From positions 1 to 45,976 of the IMG/VR virus record IMGVR_UViG_3300045988_063015: a DNA stretch of 45,976 nucleotides. One strand, 5' to 3'. Shown piece after piece: positions 1-8,137 of the stretch. This stretch comes from a virus. Below the pieces are notes generated by a model. It ran no database searches and had not been told where the DNA came from. It worked only from the letters and a program-made list of their open reading frames with translations. Position 1 is the first letter of the stretch; each line of letters opens with the position of its first letter. A program made the position numbers and the translations under genes.

Positions 1-75
1 AAGTCCGATGCAATACACTTATAAGCCGACAGGGCAGAAGATTATCTTCCGCGGGCTGGACAAGGCAAAAAAAAC
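1..75. repeat. Terminal overlap, copy 1 (identical to 45902..45976)
   Basis: Base-by-base comparison of aagtccgatgcaatacactt...caaggcaaaaaaaac at both window ends gives 75/75 identity. Confidence 0.95.
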
Positions 76-958
76 GAAATCAATTAAGGCAAGCCGCGGA
101 TGGTTCAAATATTTGTGGTTCGAAGAGCTTGACGAATTTGCCGGAATCGAAGAAATCCGAACCGTACAACAGTCCGTGCTGCGTGGTGGCGATAAGTTCG
201 TTGTATTCAAGACGTTCAATCCGCCGATCAGCCGGAACAACTGGGCGAACGTATACGTTGAAGAGCCGAGAGATGACAGTTACAGGCATAAGAGCGACTA
301 TACAAGCGTTCCTGTGGACTGGCTTGGACAGCAGTTCATCGACGATGCAGAACATCTTAAAAAGACCAATGAGCGCGCGTATAAGCATGAGTATCTCGGT
401 ATTCCGGTTGGACTTGGAACGAATATATTTGAGCTTCTTGAGATCCGAACCATTACGGACGAGGAAATACAGAAATTCCAGTCTATCTACCAGGGACAAG
501 ACTGGGGTTGGTATCCGGATCCGAAAGCATTTATTCGGGCGGCTTATATGCCTAATCAAGAAAAAGTGTATCTGCTTGACGAACTGGGCGGATGTAAGAT
601 CAGAAATACCGCCATGGCGAAGCAGATCAAAGATAAGAGCTATGATGATTATTCTATATACTGTGGTGTAGACGAAGAGGAAAGCATAGTAGACTTCCGA
701 GATGCAGGACTTCCGGCCAGAAGAGCGCTTGTTACTCCGGGCAGCCGAAAATATACTTTCGAATGGCTCCAGTGCAGAACGCTTGTTATTGATCCGGCAC
801 GGACACCACGAGCATACAAAGAAATCATCAATTACGAACATGAAATTGATGCAAACGGAGAAGTGATAGCAGATTATCCAGACGGTGACGATCACTGGAT
901 AGATTCTCTCAGGTATGCTACGTCTCCAATATCAATGCGCAGGGGGTATAGTGCATAA
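2..958 (+). CDS. terL: Terminase large subunit, C-terminal (nuclease) part; continues from 45597..45976 across the circular junction
   Basis: ORF-track 8..958 is in frame with the open frame that runs off the window end. The joined product is 420 aa. Confidence 0.88.
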   Translation, partial: SPMQYTYKPTGQKIIFRGLDKAKKTKSIKASRGWFKYLWFEELDEFAGIEEIRTVQQSVLRGGDKFVVFKTFNPPISRNNWANVYVEEPRDDSYRHKSDYTSVPVDWLGQQFIDDAEHLKKTNERAYKHEYLGIPVGLGTNIFELLEIRTITDEEIQKFQSIYQGQDWGWYPDPKAFIRAAYMPNQEKVYLLDELGGCKIRNTAMAKQIKDKSYDDYSIYCGVDEEESIVDFRDAGLPARRALVTPGSRKYTFEWLQCRTLVIDPARTPRAYKEIINYEHEIDANGEVIADYPDGDDHWIDSLRYATSPISMRRGYSA

Positions 959-1149
959 TGTGCGAGTTTTGCGACGAATTGAAGAATTGGAAAACCTTAG
1001 AAAGATTCGATCAGCGTGCACGGTACGTCTATAAATGTAAGCTGATACGCAAGACGATGGTCGAGACAAGAGCGGCTGGGAGCATCGAGGGAACGCCGCA
1101 TAACGTCAATTACTGCCCGATGTGCGGCAGAAAAGTGACAGAGGGCTAG
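958..1149 (+). CDS. Small zinc-ribbon protein (CxxC ... CPxC)
   Basis: 63 aa with CEFC at the N-terminus and CPMC at the C-terminus. Its start overlaps the terL stop (TAATG). Confidence 0.55.
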   Translation: MCEFCDELKNWKTLERFDQRARYVYKCKLIRKTMVETRAAGSIEGTPHNVNYCPMCGRKVTEG

Positions 1150-1151
1150 GA

Positions 1152-2597
1152 ATGGGACTGATAACAACTATTAAGAGGTGGCTAAGCATGTTTTTTCGAA
1201 GCGAAGCGGAGCAGGCGTTTGATGTTGATGTGATCGAATCTCCGGTAATGGATACGGTCATAAAAAAGTGCGCTGCGGTTTATTCCGGAGAACCGCCGTG
1301 GAAAGATGTAAAAAACGGCATCCGAACAATTAATTTTGCAAAATCGTTAAGCTCCGAAACAGCGCGGCTTGCGACACTAGCAATTAAAATCACAATCGAG
1401 GGATCAGCAAGGGCGGAATGGCTGCAGCAACAGACGGATGCAGTGTTTTTCAGCATCCGAAAATGGGTGGAATATGGCTGTGCGTATGGAACGGTAGTCA
1501 TCAAGCCGAACGGGAAGACACTGGATGTATTCACGCCGGATGAAGTGCTTATAACAGATTATGATAACCAGAATATCACCGGAATGATATTCAAAGATAC
1601 GTACACACAAGGAAAATGGTACTACACGCGGCTGGAATATCACAGATTTGCAGAAGAAAAGCAGGGCGAGGAAACAGTACGCCCTTACTATATTTCCAAC
1701 CGGGCGTATCGGTCGAAATCTCCCGATTCAATCGGCGATCCGGTGGCACTGAAAGATACGAAATGGTCTGAGCTTATGGCAGACTCCCCGCCGATTCTGA
1801 AAGCGAACGGAGAAAGCCTGGATGGCCCGATGTTTGGCGTATTCGTGACCCCGCAAGCGAACAACGTGGACAAGTCAACACCGCTCGGCCTTCCGATATA
1901 TGCAGAAGCGCTGGAAGAGCTGAAAGATCTTGATGTAGCGTACTCGCGCATGACTGGAGAAATCCACGACAGTGAACGAATCGTTCTGGCAGATGATCGG
2001 TTATTGTCTCCGGCGGGCACTCCGGTCAACAAGATGACCCCGGGAGCCGCTGCAACAACGCACCTGCCGAAGTATGTCCGAAACGTATATGGCGACGGAA
2101 CGGATACATTCTATCAAGAGATTAACCCGACACTCAACACAGAGGTAAGAGTTAATGGCATCAATGCGCTATTATCTCAGATCGGCTATAAGGCGGGCTT
2201 CTCAAACGGCTATTTTGTATTCGACCAGAAAACCGGCATGGTAACGGCAACACAGGTTGAATCCGATGACCGGCGGACGATCCAGTATATCAAAGATGTT
2301 CGGGATCAGCTCGAGAAGTGCATGGATGCCGTCTATTACGCGCTGAGCGTCTATGCGGATCTGTACGGCGAGAGTCCGGCAGGGGAATACGAAGTAACGT
2401 ATGATTTCGGTGATATTACGTACAACCGCGAGGAGGATCGTGCACGCTGGTGGGGTTATGTGAATGCTGGTAAGGTACCGGCGTGGATGTATTTCGTCAA
2501 ATTCGAGGGATTCTCGAAGGAAGACGCAAAGGCGATGGTCGAAGAAGCCACCCCGAAAGAGGATGAGCTTTTTGATAGTAAATATAAGGAGGAGTGA
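1152..2597 (+). CDS. Portal protein (SPP1 Gp6-like)
   Basis: About 480 aa directly after terL, with portal-like sequence. The ATG at 1152 is preferred over the upstream alternative start at 1122. Confidence 0.85.
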   Translation: MGLITTIKRWLSMFFRSEAEQAFDVDVIESPVMDTVIKKCAAVYSGEPPWKDVKNGIRTINFAKSLSSETARLATLAIKITIEGSARAEWLQQQTDAVFFSIRKWVEYGCAYGTVVIKPNGKTLDVFTPDEVLITDYDNQNITGMIFKDTYTQGKWYYTRLEYHRFAEEKQGEETVRPYYISNRAYRSKSPDSIGDPVALKDTKWSELMADSPPILKANGESLDGPMFGVFVTPQANNVDKSTPLGLPIYAEALEELKDLDVAYSRMTGEIHDSERIVLADDRLLSPAGTPVNKMTPGAAATTHLPKYVRNVYGDGTDTFYQEINPTLNTEVRVNGINALLSQIGYKAGFSNGYFVFDQKTGMVTATQVESDDRRTIQYIKDVRDQLEKCMDAVYYALSVYADLYGESPAGEYEVTYDFGDITYNREEDRARWWGYVNAGKVPAWMYFVKFEGFSKEDAKAMVEEATPKEDELFDSKYKEE

Positions 2598-2601
2598 TAA
2601 C

Positions 2602-2868
2602 ATGGATATGAGTGGAGTAGCAACAGTAGTTTGCATCACAGTAGTCTGCTATCTGGTGGGCATGGTGATGAAAGCAACGGATATTAGCAACAAGTGGATT
2701 CCGTGCGCAGTAGGATTTACGGGAGCGGTGCTTGGCGTTGTTGGTATGTACACTATCCCGGACTTTCCGGCACATGACGTGCTTAACGCGGTAGCTGTCG
2801 GCATTGTAAGCGGCTTAGCAAGCACCGGAGCAAACCAGATCATTAAACAGGCACAGAAAGAGGAATAA
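2602..2868 (+). CDS. Holin-like small membrane protein, paralogue of the lysis-cassette holin
   Basis: 88 aa with AGGAGG 9 nt upstream and 2-3 hydrophobic helices. The C-terminus GANQIIKQAQKEE matches VNQIIKQAQKTE of 25023..25316. Confidence 0.6.
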   Translation: MDMSGVATVVCITVVCYLVGMVMKATDISNKWIPCAVGFTGAVLGVVGMYTIPDFPAHDVLNAVAVGIVSGLASTGANQIIKQAQKEE

Positions 2869-2871
2869 GAC

Positions 2872-4110
2872 ATGCTTACCCCGGAGTATCTGCAGCACGC
2901 GGCAGAGGGCGCAGAAGCCATCACAGAGGATTTGCACAACAGGATCATGCGGAAGATCGTAAAGGCGATTCTAACCCGCATGGAACGCGGCGAGAATTAC
3001 ATGTTGACGGCGGCGGACAAGTGGAGAATCGAAGCACTGCAGGAAGCTGGCTATTTGCTGGAAGATATACAGAAAGAGATAGCAAAGGCGACCAACCAGC
3101 AGCTATCAGAGATCAAATCAGCCTGCATTGACGCTGGAATACAGACGCTCAAATGGGATGACGCAGTATACACGGCGGCTGGGCTGGCACCAACGCCGCT
3201 TCTTCTTTCCCCAACACTTATGCGTGTTCTTGAAAGGGATTACAAGGCGACTGCAGGCACATGGCGTAACTTCACCCGGACGACCGCGGAAGAAGCGCAG
3301 AGACTCTTCATCAACGAGCTTGACAGCGCCTACCACAGGGTTCTGAGCGGCGGAGAGTCTTACGGCGCTGTGGTGGCTGATCTGATCGAGAAAGTGTCCG
3401 AGGAGGGGCTAACAGTCAAGTACCCGACCGGATACCGGCAAAGCCTTGAATCTGCGACCATGACCATTGTACGCACTGGTATAGCGCAGGCAGCGTGTGA
3501 TGTATCAGAAGCGCGAATGGAAGAAATGGATTGGGATATCATTCTTGTATCTGCTCATGTAGGCGCACGAACGGGAGACGGCGGGCAGAACCCGGGGAAT
3601 CATCTTTGGTGGCAAGGGCGATTCTATTCCCGAACCGGAAAAAACAAGAAATACCCGAATTTCTACGAGGTGACCGGATACGGCACCGGCGAGGGACTGG
3701 GCGGCTGGAATTGCCGTCATAGTTTCGGATCTGGTGACGGAAAGAACAATCCATTCGACGAGAAAAATATCTCTTACGCAGATAATCGTAAGGTGGAAGA
3801 AGCACAGAAGCGGCAACGATTGTTGGAACGCAGGATACGAAACAGCAAAAGGCAAATTCAAACATTGCAATTTGCTATAGACAACGCAAGCGACAATGAG
3901 ACGAAAAGCAAATTGCAAAGTAGAACAGAGCAAAAAGCTAATTTGCTTAGTAAACAAAATAAAGCATATCGCAAGTTTTGCGAAGACAACAACCTGCGCC
4001 CTTATGATGAGCGATTGAAAATAGCCCATTGGGACAGAAAACAGGCAGCAAGAGCCGCAGCGGATGCACGGCGATATCAAAAACGCAAAAAGGAAAAAGC
4101 AGATGATTGA
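2872..4110 (+). CDS. Minor head / head-morphogenesis protein (Mu F / SPP1 gp7 family)
   Basis: 412 aa directly after the portal region. It carries the GGWNCRHS motif typical of the MuF family and a basic coiled C-terminus. Confidence 0.85.
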   Translation: MLTPEYLQHAAEGAEAITEDLHNRIMRKIVKAILTRMERGENYMLTAADKWRIEALQEAGYLLEDIQKEIAKATNQQLSEIKSACIDAGIQTLKWDDAVYTAAGLAPTPLLLSPTLMRVLERDYKATAGTWRNFTRTTAEEAQRLFINELDSAYHRVLSGGESYGAVVADLIEKVSEEGLTVKYPTGYRQSLESATMTIVRTGIAQAACDVSEARMEEMDWDIILVSAHVGARTGDGGQNPGNHLWWQGRFYSRTGKNKKYPNFYEVTGYGTGEGLGGWNCRHSFGSGDGKNNPFDEKNISYADNRKVEEAQKRQRLLERRIRNSKRQIQTLQFAIDNASDNETKSKLQSRTEQKANLLSKQNKAYRKFCEDNNLRPYDERLKIAHWDRKQAARAAADARRYQKRKKEKADD

Positions 4111-4435
4111 GACGATTAATCAAATCATGATTCTCTGCGGCTGGATAACTACAGTAGGTGGCGCGATTGTGGTTCTGACCGGAGCATGGAAGAAATTCAA
4201 AAAGCCCGAGAGGGATCTGGAAAAGAGGATGCAGACAATAGAGGAGGATATCAAGGATATCAAGTCAAAACTTGAGAAAGATTATACTTCCATCCGAACC
4301 CAACGAGACGATATGAATCTGATAATGAGGAGTATGTTCAACCTGATCGAAAATAAGATTACAGGGAACAACATCGAGGGCTTAAAAAAAACGAGGGAAG
4401 AACTTGTAAATGCGATGACTGACAAGAAAAATTAA
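4103..4435 (+). CDS. N-terminally membrane-anchored coiled-coil protein, unknown function
   Basis: 110 aa starting MIETINQIMILCGWITTVGGAIVVLTGAW, followed by a charged helical region. It overlaps the upstream stop by 8 nt. Confidence 0.55.
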   Translation: MIETINQIMILCGWITTVGGAIVVLTGAWKKFKKPERDLEKRMQTIEEDIKDIKSKLEKDYTSIRTQRDDMNLIMRSMFNLIENKITGNNIEGLKKTREELVNAMTDKKN

Positions 4436-4446
4436 GAGGGCTTATC

Positions 4447-4647
4447 TTGAAAGTGTATGAATTCACAGTACCGGAGCTGGAATATTTTCGCACGTATTGT
4501 AATTTTACGCGTGACGAACGTACACTTTTTGATTATCGGAGTAGGAATATTCCGCTCGAAAAGTGTGCGGAACTAATGAACATTTCTGTTTCTACTGCAA
4601 AACGGATCAGCAGAAACGTAAACACCAAAATCATTAAAGTATGTTGA
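4447..4647 (+). CDS. Small HTH protein resembling a stand-alone sigma-70 region 4 / LuxR-type HTH
   Basis: 66 aa with a TTG start. The segment TRDERTLFDYRSRNIPLEKCAELMNISVSTAKRISRNVNTKI has the region-4 HTH pattern. Confidence 0.5.
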   Translation: MKVYEFTVPELEYFRTYCNFTRDERTLFDYRSRNIPLEKCAELMNISVSTAKRISRNVNTKIIKVC

Positions 4648-4672
4648 TTGATACTTTTTTGAGTATTTCATG

Positions 4673-4704
4673 GGACTTTGACGAACTGTCAGAGTCCTTT
4701 TTTT
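4673..4704 (+). terminator. Rho-independent terminator
   Basis: GGACTTTGAC / GTCAGAGTCC forms a 10-bp stem (one G-U pair) with a 5-nt loop, followed by T7. Confidence 0.7.
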
Positions 4705-4738
4705 GCGCCTAAAATAGGGGTAGAAAGAGAACGGAGGA

Positions 4739-5185
4739 ATGAATATGTATCCGTATATTGACCCGCAGGCATTTGCGAATGAACAGGCAATGCTGCAGCA
4801 GAGAATTAATCAGTTGGAACAGGCGAGAAACCAGCAGATGAGCATGTATGCCCCGCAGAACCAGCAACAGCCGCAGGCACCGACCAGTAACGTAAACTGG
4901 ATACAGGTTGCTGGAATTGAGGGAGCAAGAAACCAGATTGTCCAGCCTGGGCATACGGCGTGGATGATGGACAACAACAGCCCTGTATTCTACGTCAAGT
5001 CTGTGGATGGCATGGGAAGCGCGACTTTTAAGGTGTTTCAGTTCGCCGAGATCTCGCCAGAAGCCCTAAACCCGGCACAGAACCAGTCGAAAGAAGAAAG
5101 ACAAGAATACGTTACGCGGCAGGAATTTGACGCTCTGCTGACGCGATTAGGCGAAAAGCCGGAGAATAAGGAGGAATCCGTATGA
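4739..5185 (+). CDS. Gln/Asn-rich protein, unknown function
   Basis: 148 aa with a Q-rich N-terminal half (QQRINQLEQARNQQMSMYAPQNQQQPQAP) and a globular C-terminal half. The second ATG at 4745 has better spacing to the GGAGGA. Confidence 0.6.
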   Translation: MNMYPYIDPQAFANEQAMLQQRINQLEQARNQQMSMYAPQNQQQPQAPTSNVNWIQVAGIEGARNQIVQPGHTAWMMDNNSPVFYVKSVDGMGSATFKVFQFAEISPEALNPAQNQSKEERQEYVTRQEFDALLTRLGEKPENKEESV

Positions 5186-5442
5186 ATCCATTAATGAGCA
5201 TGATAGGCAATATGGGCGGCGGCAACAACCCGATGGGTGCGATGATGCAGGCTATGCAGATGGTCAATAAGCTCAAACAGGCGGGCAACCCGCAGGCCGC
5301 AGTAGAACAGATGGCGCAGACTAACCCGAACGTCAAGAAAGCTATGGATATGTGCAGAGGTAAGAACCCAAAGCAGGTATTCGAGGACATGTGCAGACAG
5401 AACGGGATGGATCCGGGGCAGTTCTCCGGGCTGATGAAATAA
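5182..5442 (+). CDS. Met/Gln/Asn-rich small protein, unknown function
   Basis: 86 aa with a strong AAGGAGGA RBS and an ATGA overlap with the upstream stop. Composition is M/Q/N/G-rich. Confidence 0.55.
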   Translation: MNPLMSMIGNMGGGNNPMGAMMQAMQMVNKLKQAGNPQAAVEQMAQTNPNVKKAMDMCRGKNPKQVFEDMCRQNGMDPGQFSGLMK

Positions 5443-5495
5443 GATATTAGGGCGGTGCACAGCCTTAATAAATAGAAGGATAAGGAGAAAGAACC

Positions 5496-6185
5496 ATGAC
5501 AGATGGAACAATGGGACTTAGCGCGGCTGATGTAGCAGCCGTCACAAGAAACAACGACGATGATGGTTGGGGAAATAATTCCTGGATTTGGATTATTTTC
5601 TTAGCTTTCTTATTCCCAATGATGATGGGCGGATGGAACCGCGGCGGCGTTGAGACTGGCGTACAGGACAATTTCATTTCAGATGAATTTGTGAAACGTG
5701 ACATTTTCAATACCAATCAGAACGTTTCCAACACAGCTTGCCAGACGCAGAGAGACGTACTGGAAAACCGGTATACCAATCAGCTCGGCTTACAGCAGGT
5801 GCAGGCGGCACAGCAGAATTGTTGCTGTGAAACACAGAAAGAGATTCTGCAGAGCCGATATGATGCGGCACTCATGGCACAGAATATGCAGGCTCAGATG
5901 GCACAGTGTTGCTGCGACATCAAGGAGAGCATTCTGGCCGATGGAAACGCAACCAGACAGATGATGCAGGAAAACACCATCCAGGCACTTAGGGATAAGC
6001 TGTCAGACCGTGACCGTGATCTGCAGAATGCGTACAATCAGATTTCACAGGTTTCGCAGACCCGTACAATCATTGATGCGGTACGCCCGACACCTACACC
6101 GGCTTATCTTACATGTTCCCCGTATTTCGCGTACAACATGACCGGATACGGCGGATGTTGCGGAAATGGCGGTAACGTGCTTTGA
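5496..6185 (+). CDS. Single-pass membrane protein with Cys-triplet repeats
   Basis: 229 aa with a TM helix WIWIIFLAFLFPMMMGGW. Three repeat units follow (ACQTQRDVLENRY / CCCETQKEILQSRY / CCCDIKESILADG), and the C-terminus is GGCCGNGGNVL. Confidence 0.6.
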   Translation: MTDGTMGLSAADVAAVTRNNDDDGWGNNSWIWIIFLAFLFPMMMGGWNRGGVETGVQDNFISDEFVKRDIFNTNQNVSNTACQTQRDVLENRYTNQLGLQQVQAAQQNCCCETQKEILQSRYDAALMAQNMQAQMAQCCCDIKESILADGNATRQMMQENTIQALRDKLSDRDRDLQNAYNQISQVSQTRTIIDAVRPTPTPAYLTCSPYFAYNMTGYGGCCGNGGNVL

Positions 6186-6397
6186 TGAACACAAGCGAGC
6201 TGTCCGCACTCGATCTTCTGAACCTGTTCGGTGTATTCCTGCAGGCGATGAACTATCAGAGCGACCTGTCACAGGCGAGCAATGCAGATATCGCAAAGCA
6301 CCTGCAGGAACAGGACAGAAAGTACCTTGACCGGATCATCGAAAACCAAAATAAAATAATCAGCATGTTGGAAGATTCCAAATCTACGAAACAGTAG
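6185..6397 (+). CDS. Small hypothetical protein
   Basis: 70 aa with a TGATG overlap with the upstream gene. Confidence 0.5.
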   Translation: MNTSELSALDLLNLFGVFLQAMNYQSDLSQASNADIAKHLQEQDRKYLDRIIENQNKIISMLEDSKSTKQ

Positions 6398-6409
6398 TTG
6401 TGCAAAATT

Positions 6410-6444
6410 GCAGGGGTAGGCGTGGAGCTTGCCCCTGTTTTGTT
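6410..6444 (+). terminator. Weak terminator-like hairpin
   Basis: CAGGGG / CCCCTG stem with a 15-nt loop, followed by TTTTGTT. Confidence 0.35.
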
Positions 6445-6462
6445 AAGAGAAGGAGAGAAATT

Positions 6463-6891
6463 ATGTTAAATGTAATTGCAAAAGCAGAACAGACAGTAGC
6501 AGCAGGACAGAATGTTGTATTTACCAATACACGCGTAAAATCCCGTCGTTGTGGATGCTCCAGCGGATGGCTGAACCACATCGAGGGAAGCGGAATTTTC
6601 ACAATCACGAACCGGACGAACCTTCCTATCGCGGTAGAATTACAGTTCAACGGAAACGTAACAGCGGCGGCAGCGGGCGCGACCGTGCTTACGCTGAAAT
6701 TGAACGGAGAAGCGGTTGGAGGAACAGAGATGGATTATACCGTAGTTACTGCGAACACTTATCAGAACGTGAGCGCAAACACACTGATCCCTGTACCGGC
6801 GGGAACGAGCCTTACTGTGTCAGTCGGAAATATTTCTGCAACCGAAGTCCTCGTAAAAGACGCGAACCTCATCATCAAAAAAGTTGCGTAG
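6463..6891 (+). CDS. BclA C-terminal-domain-like (C1q/TNF-like jelly-roll) protein without a collagen stalk
   Basis: 142 aa with RBS GAAGGAGAG. LTLKLNGEAVGGT and the C-terminal ANLIIKKVA resemble LTIQVNGVPVPGT and SIIIEKVA of Bacillus BclA-CTD as I recall that sequence. Confidence 0.6.
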   Translation: MLNVIAKAEQTVAAGQNVVFTNTRVKSRRCGCSSGWLNHIEGSGIFTITNRTNLPIAVELQFNGNVTAAAAGATVLTLKLNGEAVGGTEMDYTVVTANTYQNVSANTLIPVPAGTSLTVSVGNISATEVLVKDANLIIKKVA

Positions 6892-6904
6892 GGGGTGACG
6901 AATC

Positions 6905-7498
6905 ATGATTACTTTCCGAAGCAAAACAGACGTAACAGATGCGGATGCTATCTTTTCGGAAATCAACAGCCGCTTCATTGCGGCTATCATGATGCACGAT
7001 CAGCTCGCGGATTATTTTGATTTTCTCGGATTGAAAGGATATAAGCGGCTCCATGAGTACCAGCACCTAGCGGAAAGCATCGAACGAAGAAAAATATGCA
7101 ACTATCGCATCGAAAGACACGGAAAACTGATTAAAAATGCGTTTTCTGGTGAAGTGAAGATGATTCCGGATAGCTGGTATTCCGCAAAAAGTATATCTGT
7201 AGGAAAAGGAACTAAGCAGAAAGCTGTAGAAGATGGATTCTCAGCATATCGGGAATGGGAAGAGGAAACAAAAGAGGTGTATCAGATCTATGCCGCCGCG
7301 CTACTTGAGAAAGGTAACGTGGAAGATTTCACGCTTGTAACTTCTCTGGTGGACGACGTAAGTAATGAGCTGAAAGAAATCGACAAGATTATTCTGAACC
7401 TGATCTCAACCGGCTATGATATGGTCCATATTACCGAATCGCAAAAAGAGTTGCACAAGAAATACAAGAAACGCATGAAGGAAATTGAGGTGGAATGA
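6905..7498 (+). CDS. Helical protein with ferritin-like residue pattern (tentative)
   Basis: 197 aa. The segments LGLKGYKRLHEYQHLAESIERR, REWEEETKEVY and LVDDVSNELKE resemble the E..H / E / E..E ligand layout of ferritin-like four-helix bundles. Confidence 0.4.
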   Translation: MITFRSKTDVTDADAIFSEINSRFIAAIMMHDQLADYFDFLGLKGYKRLHEYQHLAESIERRKICNYRIERHGKLIKNAFSGEVKMIPDSWYSAKSISVGKGTKQKAVEDGFSAYREWEEETKEVYQIYAAALLEKGNVEDFTLVTSLVDDVSNELKEIDKIILNLISTGYDMVHITESQKELHKKYKKRMKEIEVE

Positions 7499-7920
7499 TG
7501 GGAAGCGTAAAAGAAATACTGGAAAAGCAGTTGGAGAGAGAAAAAGAATCTGCGATGCAGAAGCTTACGACAGATAACCTTGACGCAATGTTCAAAATCA
7601 CGACCACGTTATGCAATATGCGAAAAATGGAGTGTGAGAGCATTCCTGCGGCCATGATGGACGCGTCAGAAACGCTGATTAAGAAGTACAGCAATGGAAA
7701 ATACGATAAGAATATTGACGCGCTGTATGACGAGTACATTGCGGCAAAAATGGCGTACCAGGAACACGGAGACGCGGCGCACAAAGATAAGCTGATGGAT
7801 TCCGTCGGCCGTCTGATGGTTGAAGTGTTCGATATGCTGCAGGCTATGATTCTCGATGCGGATTTCCGCGACGAAAGACAGGCTATCATGCAGCAGATTC
7901 GGAAACTTGCCGACACATAA
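7495..7920 (+). CDS. Helical hypothetical protein
   Basis: 141 aa with an ATGA overlap with the upstream stop. Confidence 0.55.
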   Translation: MMGSVKEILEKQLEREKESAMQKLTTDNLDAMFKITTTLCNMRKMECESIPAAMMDASETLIKKYSNGKYDKNIDALYDEYIAAKMAYQEHGDAAHKDKLMDSVGRLMVEVFDMLQAMILDADFRDERQAIMQQIRKLADT

Positions 7921-8083
7921 GACAAGATGGGTACAATGGGGAGGGAAAAATATAGTACGATAAGACCGTGAAAAGAAGTTGGGATTGGCTTGTAAGTCAT
8001 TTTGATGTTCAATTCACCTCCTTTCGACGTTCTAGGGGATCCTGTTAAGAGCCTGCACAAGGCTCGGAACGTGTCTGAAATAT

Positions 8084-8123
8084 GCCGCGTTTTCCGTTCC
8101 TCGAGCCTTTCTGAAAACGCGGC
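8084..8123 (+). promoter_or_regulatory. Perfect 11-bp inverted repeat (RNA hairpin) inside the non-coding leader
   Basis: GCCGCGTTTTC (8084..8094) pairs with GAAAACGCGGC (8113..8123), with an 18-nt loop. Confidence 0.45.
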
Positions 8124-8137
8124 GTGTTTCTTGTTAT

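Noticed and set aside
1-75. Genuine direct terminal repeats (DTR packaging)
   Set aside because: A 75-nt exact overlap interrupting terL in frame is more simply an assembly overlap of a circular or permuted genome. This cannot be settled without read data.
80-895. Long antisense ORFs opposite well-supported genes, for example 80..895(-), 7431..8189(-), 12328..12870(-), 16807..17352(-), 36474..37079(-), 39723..40244(-) and 37842..38366(-)
   Set aside because: Each lies fully opposite a gene with recognisable homology or a strong RBS and coupling. Their products are Ser/Leu/Ile/Cys/Arg-rich, typical of the antisense of Glu/Lys-rich coding sequence, and they have no RBS.
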